This document shows positions 10,178-22,292 of a DNA stretch of 64,000 bases, one piece after another; within the stretch, counting starts at the first letter, position 1, and every line of letters begins with the position of its first letter. The position numbers and the translations under genes are program-made. Where the stretch lies: assembly GCA_965112155.1 (NCBI GenBank), contig OZ218100.1; one strand, written 5' to 3'. A model generated the notes under the pieces. It did no database searches. It saw only the letters and a program-made list of their open reading frames with translations, and was not told the DNA's origin. The DNA comes from Podarcis liolepis. Its lineage: Eukaryota.

Positions 10178-10781
10178 TGTCCTGGACACTTGGCCTACCT
10201 GGTGGAAAGTCTGCATGTCAAGCCGCCAGTTGAGGGTCAATCCACATCTCCAAAGTCCAAACTGGGCAGCAGAGCTGACGTACTGCAGAGATCCTGGACC
10301 ATCCAGGTCATAAACAAGGGAAGTTGAGCAGACACAGCACCTCAGCTCTGCTGCCCTTTTATACTTTGCATTCTTTTTGCAGCATCTGGGCTTGACAAGG
10401 CATGTGACCCTCACCTGTTCTGGGCCTACTCCAGCTGAGGAATCACACACCTCCTCCCAGAACTAGCGAGCCCCATCTGGCCAGCTAGGGAGCTGGGCTG
10501 TGGGCCCTTGCCTACCTCAGCCACTTAGAGCACCACTCCTGCTGCTCCCTACGCTTCAGAGTCCACGTGTTCATGGGAACAGGGGCGCCTCTGACTCTGG
10601 TGATGGGTCCAGCTGCTCTGGTTCCTGTACGCTGACCCTCCATCCCCTCATCACCCTCCATTACCCCGTGAGTACTTCCTGCACTACCTCTCCACCCCCA
10701 GCTCACCCTGGTGTATCCCAGCCTCAGCTACACTGCTCAATGGAATCCTCTTCCTCCTCCCCGTTGTCCTGCAAGTTGACA
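10178..10781 (-). mobile_element. Solo Gypsy-type LTR (~604 bp)
   Basis: TGTC...GACA ends, 5-bp TSD gcaaa/gcaca, TATAAAAG on minus strand near 10360, purine-rich U3. Confidence 0.75.
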
Positions 10782-10994
10782 GCACACAATTTGGGGTCAG
10801 ATAAATTAAACTCTGAGAAAGATGTCACAATTGAGCCTTGCTTGAACAACATGGTTTTCCTGGAGCTCTAGTGTGTCCTTGTTTTGTCTTGTCTTCTGCC
10901 TTGTTCCTTGACCCTGCCTCCTGATTTGTCTTTGGTTCTGGCATCTCCCATGGCTTCTGGTCTCTATTTACACTGCTGCCCATGGCCCAGCCTT

Positions 10995-11238
10995 GACCAA
11001 AGGCCCATCTAGTCCAGCATCCTCTTCTCACAGTGGCCAACCAGATGCCTATGGAAGCCCACCTAAGTGCAACAGCATTCTCCCCCTTTGTGATTCCCAG
11101 TAGCTGGTATACAGAGGCCTATTATGCCCAACATGGTGAAACAAAGCCATCGTGGCTAATAGTAACAGATAACCTTTACCTCCATGAACTTGCCAAGTCT
11201 TCTTCAATAACCATCCAAGCCAATGGTCATCACTACAT
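10995..11238 (-). mobile_element. CR1-type LINE 3' remnant
   Basis: ccaaaggcccatctagtccagcatcctcttctcacagtggccaaccagatgcc motif. Confidence 0.7.
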
Positions 11239-12365
11239 AACATTTTTGCCCCCTTCTCAGCCAGCTGCCTCTTTCTACATGCAGTTAATTCATGAAGGGA
11301 GTTTGGGTTCATTAATTTTGTTTATTAAGAAACGAGTTTCATTTGGACCCTACTTCCAGCTCACTGCCATATGCAAGAATAATTAATTCTTTATTATCAA
11401 CAACATCTGAGTTGAATTTCAGTGAAGCCTGAAGTTGAAATGATGACAGTATATCTTAAAAAAGAAGATCCCAAGTGTGAGTTCAAATATGCATGTGCCA
11501 ACATCAAGTGATAACTTGCACACCCAAAAGAACCATTACAGATCAAGCACCATAGGCACAACTTTTCTATCACCCTTTCAGTCAATTGTCCTCTTCCCTA
11601 TTGCTTCATGGCAATACTTTGCTAGTAAGTCAAAGGCAGGAATTTGGGTATAACTTTTGGTGCAGCACTAATGAATCTCATATGTAGTAGCAGCAGCAGT
11701 TATTAAATAACAATAACAGCATATGTTGTCTCAAATCCTGCATATGTGGTGGATGTAGGTCATTCATATATTGTGTACTATATTGCTATATGTATGGTCA
11801 TTGAGGGAGAAAAGCAGCTATACTCTTGGTATATCTTAATTCACTTCCACACTGCAAAAAATCATTGTGCATGTTAACTCCTTCATCCAGATAAATATGT
11901 TGATATAATAGGTTGATATAGCAATGTCCTTGTGTCTCTGATTATCTGGTGATCTTTTGCATCCTTTTTTCTTTTCTTTTCCCTCAGATATTGCCTCAGT
12001 ATTAAAACTGACATTCAGAGCAATGATTGATATACCTCTTAGTAGAGGTATATTGAGTCCTTGTTCTGTCTACCAAACCAATGGTTAATGCTGTCAATTC
12101 TGTGAGCTGTATTTACCTGTTTAGGGAGTAAAGGACTGATTCTAAACTCACCATCCAGAACAGATGATCAGTGCTTTCAGTGCGGACAACACCATCCATC
12201 TGTTTCGCGAAGAGGTTGTTTTGTGGAGCCTGCTATTCTGCCAAAACATCTTCTGGGAATAGACGTAGAAATGTTCTGCAACCTTGTATCCTCCAGATTT
12301 TTTCAACTACAATCCACATCATCCCTGTCTATTGGCCACACTGGCTGGAGCAGAGGAGAATTGTA

Positions 12366-12955
12366 CAGTGGTACATGGGTGGCGCTGTGGATTAAACCAC
12401 AGAGCCTAGGACTTGCCGATCAGAAGGTCGGCGGTTCGAATCCCCACAACGGGGTGAGCTCCCATAGCTTGGTCCCTGTTCCTACCAACCTAGCAGTTCA
12501 AAAGCACGTCAAAGTGCAAGTAGATAAATAGGTACCACTCTGGTGGGAAGGTAAACGGTGTTTCCGTGCGCTGCTCTGGTTCGCCAGAAGCGGCTTAGTC
12601 ATGCTGGCCACATAACCCGGAAGCTGTCTACGGACAAACGCTGGCTCCCTCGGCCAATAAAGTGAGATGAGCGCCGCAACCCCAGAGTCGACCACAACTG
12701 GACCTAATAGTCAGGGGTCCTTTTACCTTTACCTTTACCTCGGGTTAAGTACTTAATTCGTTCCAGAGGTCCATTCTTAACCAGCAACTGTTCTTAACCT
12801 GAAGCACCACTTTAGCTAATGGGGCCTGCTGCTGCCGCTGCGTCGCCGAAGCACCATTTCTGTTCTCATCCTGAAGCAAAGTTCTTAACCCAATGTACTA
12901 TTTCTGGGTTAGCAGAGTCTGTAACCTGAAGCGTATGTAACCCGAGGTATCACTG
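12366..12955. mobile_element. Tc1/mariner (Tigger-like) MITE with a Sauria SINE inserted in its left TIR
   Basis: TA+cagtggtac[SINE]ctcgggtta ... taacccgaggtatcactg; same TIR family as 51113-51333. Confidence 0.85.
12371..12739 (+). mobile_element. Sauria SINE
   Basis: gggtggcgctgtgg head, ggttcgaatccc B box, (ACCTTT)n tail. Confidence 0.95.
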
Positions 12956-15408
12956 CAGTCCCAAACAATTTGAGGGCATCGGGGTGAGGAAGAATATTTA
13001 GAGAAGTTGTGCTGTTCTTCACCTCTATATGCCCAAATAAGACTTTAGCTCTTTGCTTCCATTCCTGTTCAGCATGATCATGAGTGTGGTTGCTGGTGCT
13101 GGGGTGTCACAAAGGCACTGATCTGATGTCTCTCACTTCTTGAAGGAAGAGGCAACTATGGGGTGGGGAGGGGATAGTTATGGCATAAGTTTCCCTGAAT
13201 ACAGTTTTATTTAATCAGCCCCTGTTTCCTCATAATACCTCTCTATAGCCTCATGTACATCAACAAAGCAGTTCATCAGCAACAGTTGGACAGAGACACT
13301 CTCACAGGCATGGCACTAGAGAAAGCTTGATCTGCTGTGTTTTCAAAAAAGTGGGATTTTAGAGTTTTGTGAAAACAACTTCTTAAATGTTCATCCAGTA
13401 TCTGGAACCAACGTTTAACTATCCTTGTGGACCTGCATGTGGGTTTTTTACATTGTTTATCTGAAAATAAATAATGTAGAGGAATTTGATTTGGATTTTC
13501 CAAGAGCAAAACATAAATCCTACCACATTTCTCTGATGCCACTTTATAGGTTTGGTCTTATCATTCATTTCAGAAAAAGGGAATAAGTCTTGGAGTCAAA
13601 ATGATGCCTGGGGTGAAATAAATTGTAAGCCTTTCGGCTAATGGTTCTCAAATGTTTTCCTTGTCTACAAACATATTTGCTAAATGCTCGTCTAATGGTG
13701 GTTCCCACTGAGCTTATTACGTGGCATTAGTACACTACTCGTTAGCAGAGATGGCGGGTAGGAATACAGAGAGAAAGCATCTCATTTAGGAAGCAGACCA
13801 ACAGATTTGAATGTTTTCCTTATCTCCATAATAGCTACTCAGTTGGGATTCTGGGAACAGAATCTATAATCTATGATAACCTGGGGACATTTGTTTTTTA
13901 GGATGAGGGTGCTTTTTAATAACTCTGAATGAAGGCTAAGGCTGCAGTCTTGAGAGTACATCATTCAGCTCACCGAATGAAGTGGGGTCTCTTTCCAAAT
14001 AAACAAGCTTAGGGATATTCTGCACAACAACGCAAAGCAGGTGACATCTGTTCATCTACAGCAAAACAAGCACGTGGAAGGAGCCACAGCTTGGTGGTAC
14101 AGATGGCGCATGAAGAACGGCCATAGTTCCATCTTCAGCATCTTCAGGCAGGGGCAAAGAAATCCCTTGTCTAAAATAGTGTTGCGCCCCAAAAAATATT
14201 CTGCTTCTCCTCACCCCCAACCATTCTCCATAAATTAATGAGAAAAGAAATTGCATTCAGAAATGATCATGAGGTCAGGGAAATTTTGATTATTTTCTCA
14301 GAGGTCAGGTACAGGAGTTTTCATGAGCTTACCTTACTTTTGAAGTGATCGGGGGTGTTTGGGAGTAGGGATGGCAGAGAAATCCAATTCATTTCACATT
14401 CAAAGATGAACCTACCTAATTCAAACTTTCTGACACAATATGAGAGTCAAGTCATAGTTTGAGTTTTAGTTCAGATAAGTAAACTCTGCTGTGAGGCACA
14501 GAAATGTTTATTTGTTAAATTTATGTGCTACATTTCTACCCATTACGGGCCCTTAAAGCAGCTTACATAAAATCAGTAGAACTACTAAAAAACCTCAGAC
14601 AGAAACAGTCTAATTTAAAATGAATGGTGATAATGGGCTTTAAAAATCTATGAAGCAATAAAATTAGTTATTTTAATTCACTGAGCTCAAATTCAAGTCT
14701 TTGGGATCTTTCTCCATCTCCAAAAAACATTGAGGGAAACAAGAATATCATTAATTTTTTACCATGATTTTGCATTAAGGGAAGCTATTCATGGAGTTTT
14801 CCATCAGATTAATGGTTTTCTAACAGACTACATTCCTGCTTGGAAGGGCACAATTATTTTTAAATTAGTTAAAGAAATCAGGAACCGATGCTGTTATTTT
14901 CAGTAACTAATTTTCTTTCAGGAAAAGACATGTGACTGAGATTAGATTTGGGCATACAGACTTTCAGAAATAGACGCAACTGATTAGGACAAGGATTTAC
15001 CCAAATGGGTTATAAGGGGAAGCATGATGAATGTGGTTGCAAGATAATAGAATTTATGTTATGGTCTGACATATTGTAGTTAGGAAAGGGATGCTGAGAT
15101 TAATGGATAGATGGAAATTAGTTATTTTATTGGATTTGATTGTTTAATTTATACTTCTTGCTATCTGTTGCCTGGAGTGATACTAACATCTCTATACCCA
15201 TAGCTGTGAGATGGGAGATAATGATTTCAATCTACTGTACTTTGCATTGGTTGTTGTGATAGTGATTGTGACAAAGTATGCAAATATTTAAATGTACTAT
15301 TTAACGTATTCAATCCAAAGGGGGTGATTAAATCCAAGTCTATATCTTTCCTTCCCTCTCTCCCATACACTGGGCATTGGTGGCCCTTTTGCCAGCTCTC
15401 TTACACAC

Positions 15409-15411
<3 letters not shown>

Positions 15412-15443
<32 letters not shown>
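15412..15443. repeat. (CA)n microsatellite
   Basis: Direct inspection; others at 17452-17475 and (GT)n at 51539-51570. Confidence 0.9.
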
Positions 15444-15445
<2 letters not shown>

Positions 15446-16952
15446 CCAATAATTGCAGATCTGTAGATTTCTACATGTGGGGAACCAACTGAACTGTCCA
15501 CCAGAATGAGATTTTAACGTTAAGAAATGAGACTTTTTCACAAAATGTTCCATTATGATGAGTTTGTCAATAAAATGGCTAATGAATACTTGACTAATTG
15601 CAATCCCCCCCAAAACCAAGGTACACTCAAGTCCCTATCTGTGACAAGCCTGAAGGGTAGAACTGTATGCTTAAGAACAATTGGTTTAATGTGTATTCAA
15701 GCGCACTTAATGTTCTACGGACTGAACACACTGAAAGAAATTACCTTGGATTACTGTGAGAAGGCTGATAGAGAGGTATGAAGGAAGACCCTGTAATCTG
15801 GTTAATATTATTATTATGGGCATCATAATTACAAGATGAATGATGTTCAGTTTTGCCCATTTCATACAGACCCATCACCAGCTAAAGGCAAATAAGCATG
15901 ATAATAGAAAACAGAGAGCGCAGAAGTACCTGTAGAACTCAAACAACAAAAGCTGAATGTATTCTGTGAGCATCAGCCACATCAGTCTGATATGATGCAA
16001 TGAAATTATCTTGCAGAGATTCAGAATGCTGAAACATTATAGAGAAACACCTTATACATCAAATTATGTGGATTCTGTACGTGGAATGTGAAATAGTTTC
16101 AGAATAACTCCAATCTAAATTCATATATTTAGTTAGACCATTATAAAAAAATTATCGAACTTCCAGTAAGGTATTGTATGTTATTTCTTTTGCATCATTG
16201 ACTCCAAAGATCAAATTAATTACATGCTGTCCTGTCCCGTTTCCTTGCATGCTTGAAAATGAGGTTTATGTATGCAGAATATTGCAGCTTCCTTTTGTAC
16301 CAATTATCCCCTTTGTCCTTGTGAAAAGTGTGACAGCTAGTCAAATTCAGTGCCGGTTTATTCAGAAGTAAGCCATGCTGCGTTCAGTGGGACTTGCTGC
16401 CTTGTGAGTGTGTTTGAGATTGCAGCCATAAGAATAAAAGTGATGAGTGCTGAGACTTCCACAACTGGCTACTCTGATTGGCTAGGGGCAAGACAGATGA
16501 TTCTTCTATCCGTGCTGTTGGTGGGAATACTGGTGGGGAGGGGGGTGCCATGAACCTTGCTTCCTCACGGCAGCAACACCAAGATGGTGAGGGGTGTGGA
16601 AGGGTTGGAGCTTTTCAGGCAGACCAGCAGAGCCAATCTGGTCCAGTGCAACTGAATCACCCAACCTTACCACTGCTCTTCCCTTCCAATACTGGGAGGC
16701 CAAGTCAATGGGGCTGCCCCTCCCTGTTGGCCACTCCTGCTTCTGGGATTAAGTGGGGTTATCAGAGACTGAATTTAGGCCCTTAGCACTCCAGAGACTT
16801 AAGTCATTTGTTAGCTTGCAGAGTTGTTAGCTATTCTGCTCACAGAGTTGGTTGCAATCTTCAAACAAAATATCTAAACAGAATTGTTTCTAAAACTGGA
16901 TTAATGTTGGCAGATTATATCTCATGAGCGAGAGAAGAATGCAGGCACTAGC

Positions 16953-17307
16953 CAGGGGCATGAGGTGAGGTCTTGAAGCCATTTGCCTCAGGCAGGAGAT
17001 TTGACCCCCCCTCTTCCTCCTGCCCACTGTTGTGCCACTGCCAGCTCCACTGGGGCTTCCCTCACTGCTAACACGATGCTGTTGCCCTCACTGCTGTGCC
17101 TGCTGCACTGTTGCTGCCGCTGTGTCATGGCAGGAGTGTGAGTGCAGCTGCAGATGGGGGTTCAGTTGCGGTGATGGGACTGGTACCAGTGGTGGTGCAA
17201 CAGTGGGGGCAGAGAGAAAGAAGGGACCCAGATTGGGGGGGGCATTGGGTCATGGGCTGTGTCAAGGCATTTTGCCTACAGCAGCAAAACTTCTCAGGCC
17301 AGCCCTG
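16953..17307. mobile_element. hAT-type non-autonomous element
   Basis: cagg...cctg ends; perfect 8-bp TSD gcactagc (16945-16952, 17308-17315). Confidence 0.8.
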
Positions 17308-17744
17308 GCACTAGCCCTCAGTCAGCTGGGTTAGAGCTGATGGTCCTTTCTTCAGTAACAAGCATGGTCACTTAGTCACTGAAAGGATGGAAGCGGGTTT
17401 TGTGCTTGGAAGATGTGGCATTCATACTTCAAGCCCAAGTCTATGTGTCTCCACACACACACACACACACACACATCCTTTGGCTGCCAAAATTGTGTGC
17501 AATTATTTCACTGGTCCAATTCATTAGCTAAATAGTACTTAATTAAGACTGCCTAATATTTGTCTTGGAGAGCTGCATTGATAGTAGGAGGAGTGTGTGA
17601 CAATCACTTATGCCAGTTAGCATTGCATTACCTTAATTACTTATTTTGTGTACCTGCTCAGTGCCCAATGGGAATGTAGACAGATGCCTTATACTGAGTG
17701 CAAAGTCCCAACCTATCTTATCTTTCCTTTCACCCTTGCTTAGC

Positions 17745-18470
17745 TCAGGGGACCTTTGGAATCACAAGGTCCTGGTGAGTCCCATATTCGTGAACTAGGA
17801 GGTTTAAGGCTCCTCTCATCAAAGGGTTTGCTTGTGCACATATCCAAAGTCTCTAAATATATCTCCTTTGTAACCCTACACCCTATAGAAAGGGGTTGCT
17901 TACCTATATTCAAGATGGGCAGTGGTTGCAGCCCTGGCACAGCTCCCCTGGGATGGGAGAGTCCTTTCACCTTCGCAGCAAATTGGGCCCATTTGGGAGA
18001 TTTGCCTTCCTCAAAGCAATCACAACTTTCGGTGGGTAAGGCATTGGGTGGAATCCTTAGTCTATTCTCGGGTGCAGGGTGACATGGTACACCACCCCAA
18101 CTGCAAGCAGGCGTGATATCTCAGGGTACCCCAGTTAAAGGGGTCGGAGTGGGTGTTCTGTCCTGAAGCCAAGTGGGGAGCAGAGGGACCATAAAAACTT
18201 GCAGCTCAGGGGGGGCCATCTTAGTTGATCCACATCTTGAGGTGGCCCATAACCCAGGCACAACCCTGTCCTAACAGCAGCCTTGTGTCAGGAGGCTGAT
18301 ACAGGATACAGACCCAGTGCCTAGCCAAAGCCTGCTATATCATTCATCAATAAAGTTGTGGTCAAAATTTTCATCCAAGAAAGTTGTTGTGCCAAGATTG
18401 TTCATCCTATCATCACTTCACACTTCCATCCTTGGGGTGGTAGACTGTACGTGGGTTGGTCCGCAACCCA
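17745..18470 (+). mobile_element. LTR-like repeat without TG..CA ends (possibly DIRS/Ngaro-derived), copy 1
   Basis: TATA-like cctatatt, AATAAAgttgtgg signal, and motifs shared with 47.8-48.8 kb. Boundaries approximate. Confidence 0.5.
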
Positions 18471-18501
18471 TTCTCTAATTCATAGGGTTAGCTCTCTTGC
18501 T

Positions 18502-18637
18502 CAGGCATCCCCAACCTGCGGCCCTCCAGATGTTTTGGCCTACAACTTCCATGATCCCTAGCTAACAGGGCCAGTGGTCAGGGATGGTGGGAATTGTAAT
18601 CCAAAACATCTGGAGGGCCGAAGGTTGGGGAAGACTG
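18502..18637. mobile_element. hAT-type palindromic MITE
   Basis: Same family as 5998-6133; perfect 8-bp TSD ctcttgct. Confidence 0.9.
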
Positions 18638-21321
18638 CTCTTGCTGGTATCAGGTAAAGCAAGTTTCAGGTTTTTACATTCGCTTTTTTATTATCCTGTC
18701 ATCTGTCCTTGAGTTCAAATTGCTCTTTGAAGTTGCCTTTTGATGTACAGACTGAGCTATTAAAAGTATGAGTCAGAAAAAACTGGGAGACCTTAAATCA
18801 AATGCTTGCATTGATTATTTGAGGAAATTTTGGATTACTTTTAACATTAGAAAAGAGCTGGGACCAGTAAGTAGGGCCAGCTTCATTAAGATCAAGGTCT
18901 TTAAACAATTCAGGAAAAATATGGGGGGAGGGGTATTTTCTTTTGAACCACAGGCAGTGACACGTTTTTGGCAAAATAACTCTCATTCATTTTATTTTAT
19001 GCTGGGCATATGTAGTTGCAATGGCATTTTTCAGTATTCAAGTTTATTTTTGTTGCAGCCAAAGTAAAAAATAATTTTATTCCTAACATACATGTAAACT
19101 TGCTGTGTAAGGTCATAACACTTCCTTTCTGGCATTATGGAAGTAATTATTTCCTAAATCTGATATTCCTTTTTTCAACCTCTTGTGAATAACCTTTTCA
19201 TCATTATTAAATGGAGATTCTATTTTATGAGTCATTTCATTTTGAATTAAAGAGAGTTTGGAGTTCAGATTCCAGAGGGATATCTGTATTAATCCTGTTA
19301 CAGTAATTGTAAAGTACAAAAAAGAACAAAGAATCTGATGACCCTTGAAAGCAGCCCTCCTCAACCTTGTGCCCTCCAGATGTTGCTGGACTATAGATTT
19401 ATTGTGCCATAAGCTTTTGTGGAATTCACAAAATATATGAATAACAATCCTAAACTGAAAGATACAGAAGTATAGCAGAAATAGAAACAGTGGGGTTATA
19501 GAGACATCATAAACAAGATGGATAAACCATTGCATTTCTAGAAAAAAGCCCAGATATATACAGAAGATAAACACCAGGCGTAGTTTCAAATGGCAGCATC
19601 ATTAGGCAACTGTCAATGGACCACCACTGCTAACACTGTTGCCCTGGGCCCCTTTCTTGAGGGCTGGGTGTGTATGCTGGGTGGATCCTCAATTTTAATT
19701 ACCCACAATGCCCCAGAATGACAAGGAAGCATGACCAATCACAATGGCAACAGCACAAGCCCCGTCGGAGGAGTGCCACAACTGCTCTCACCACCACCCT
19801 TCTCCTCCAAGAGCCTTCTCCTTCTCCTCCACTTATCCTTCTCCTCCACCCACCCACCACATCTAGAAAAAGTAGAAAGAAAGGATCTTTGGAGGGCAGA
19901 AATGATTAGGGTAGATGTATTGGTGTGTTCCTTAGCACATGCAAAGTCTGTCTATGATCCCTAGGCATAATCTAGACCACATAAAACACCCCTAAATGCC
20001 ATGGATTTCTGTCCAAAGGGAACCATTTTTGTATACACACTCCTGCTCCACTGAAATCAATGAAAAGTAGTCATTTGCAACTTTGAGCTGCACTTCCAGG
20101 GCTGGTTTACAAAAATAAGATGAAAAATTAAGCTGAAATATAGCAATACAGTTTAACATACTCGTCTCGATTCTGTTTCAAATGTTTAGCTTCAACATTA
20201 AAAAGACGAAGGAGTATAATAATGCCAGGTCCGGTTTATGTAGTGACTGAATTTGGGTTTCCCTTAATAGAAACAGCACTTTGCTATCTGTATTTGAGGA
20301 AACATTCAGTACCATTGATGCACCCAGGTCTCTACAATGCCAGCTTCTCAGATAGACTTCTCCCCTCAGAGTGTCTAAGTGGAAACTATGTTTCAAGGGC
20401 TGTCAATCCAGCCTCTTAAAGGAGCCACCAAAAAGCTTTGTCAGGGCAAGCAAATGCAGTGCATTTTAAATGCTATACGGAATTGGTAATATTAGTGTTC
20501 ACCTGAATTGTAACCATTTATGTGTTAGCACATGATCACCAAGAGGCAGAAGGGGGAATATTTCCAGTCAACTGCCCAGGAAAGAAATGGTCTGAAGCCA
20601 GTTTCGATAGGAAAACTTTTCTCATCTGGTAAATCTCTTCATGCCTTCGGGCAATAGCTGCTTCATACTATTAAACAAAAAGAGTGTGTACTTAAAAACA
20701 ACAGCACATTTTTGCTCCAGTTTTTGTAGCTCCTGGAAATTCACCACAATCCTAGACTGAAACATTAACTTCTTGGTTTGTTTAGGAATTGGTCATAAAC
20801 ATTTATTTTAGCTGTAGATTATCATTATAGGTGCCATCTTTTATTTTATTTACTGTGTTGGTGAATGAAAGAATTCTAACAGCATATAGGTGAACTCTTT
20901 GCTTTTCAGGTGAAAGTAAATCTGAATTTTGTCTGCCTTATCAGCATGCCTACACAGTTGCCAACAAAAATTTAGAAAAGTGTGTGTTCTCCATGACAGT
21001 CTTTGCCTCTTGCCAGGCCATATACTAACTATTTAGATTACTTTTTTCAAAAAATGTTATATGTTTCCCCGAAAGTACTCCCTCTTCATTGAGCAAGTAG
21101 GTGTTGAGGTTTGGAGATGTGGATTGTCACACTGGGAGGAAGGAAAGGGTTCCAAAAATAAAGGAGGGGACAGCCTCAAGAGCTTGAGGATGGGGAGCAG
21201 CTGCTATTCCAGCACTCGAAGGATATGGCCTCTATCCCTCTCCTCCCCATCTGACACCTGAATTGTTGCTGTCATTTGAAAGGCAATTACCAACCAAAGT
21301 CAGAGCAGGTATAATCAAGAG

Positions 21322-21465
21322 CAAGGATGGGGAGGGAACCTGTGCCTCCCATCAAATGTTGCTGGACTCCAACTCCCATCAGCCCCTGCCAGCATAGCCA
21401 ATGTCCAGGGATGATGGGAACTGTAATTCAACAACACCAAGAGGGCCACAGGTCCCCCATGCCTG
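21322..21465. mobile_element. hAT-type palindromic MITE (older)
   Basis: ggactccaactcccatca/tgatgggaactgta core; TSD atcaagag/gtcaaggg (6 of 8). Confidence 0.75.
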
Positions 21466-21617
21466 GTCAAGGGTGTGGCAGAGTCCATGGGCATACATCC
21501 AATTTTAACGCACAATTGGCTCAGAATAAACTGAGCTGATCTCTGTCGCTCTCTGTGATAGGGGCAAGTCAATTATGACTTAGACTGAGGAGGGCAGGAG
21601 AATGAGTTCAGCCATCA

Positions 21618-21968
21618 TAAAGGACCCCTGGCAATTAAATCCAGTCGCAGACGACTCTGGGGTTGAGGCGCTCATCTCGCTTTACTGGCTGAGGGAGCCG
21701 GCGTACAGCTGTTACAGTTGGTCATATGGCCAACATGACTAAGCCGCTTCTGGCAAACCAGAGCAGCGCACGGAAACTCTGTTTACCTTCCCGCCAGAGT
21801 GGTACCTATTTATCTACTTGCACTTTGACGTGCTTTCGAACTGCTAGGTTGGCAGGAGCTGGGACCGAACAACAGGAGCTCACCCCATTGCAGGGATTCG
21901 AACTGCCAATCTTCCAATCGGCAAGCCCAGAGGCTCAGTGGTGTAAACCACAGCACCACCTATGTCCC
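21618..21968 (-). mobile_element. Sauria SINE
   Basis: Full Sauria body in reverse complement. Confidence 0.95.
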
Positions 21969-22104
21969 TACTAGCTGCAAGAAGAAAGCATAAAAAGAAA
22001 CATGAATTGTTGAGTTAAAAATTAGAGATAGGAATGGAAATCCTTAAAATGTTTATACACTTTTTCTTTGAACCAAGGATGTGGAGTAGGTGGGCTTCTG
22101 GGTG

Positions 22105-22292
22105 TTTATTTTTATTTTATTATTATAATTTTTATCCCACCTTTCCCTCAATAAGCTCAATGTGGTGTACATGGTTCTCCTCCATATTTTATCTTCACAA
22201 CAACCCTATGAGTTAGCTTTATGACTAGTGGGGATTTGCACCCTGATCTCCCAAGGTCCTAGTCTGTCAGTCTAACTACATCACACTGGCTT
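22105..22292 (-). mobile_element. Squam3-like SINE, decayed
   Basis: tttatcccacctttcc...cacaacaaccct...ctacatcacactggc on plus strand; A-rich tail on minus strand. Confidence 0.65.

Noticed and set aside
11960-12050. Strong polypyrimidine tract and AG acceptor at 11987
   Set aside because: Only a weak donor (gtatat) and a short unrecognised peptide; insufficient support for an exon.
13276-13542. Resemblance to a four-helix cytokine C-terminal helix
   Set aside because: Similarity is impressionistic, the intron phase would be 1 rather than the usual 0, and no upstream exons were found. Kept only as an unassigned exon candidate.
19113-19589. 158-aa hydrophobic ORF
   Set aside because: Crosses several repeat relics (LINE-tail-like, Penelope-like, MITE fragment); an AT-rich chance ORF.
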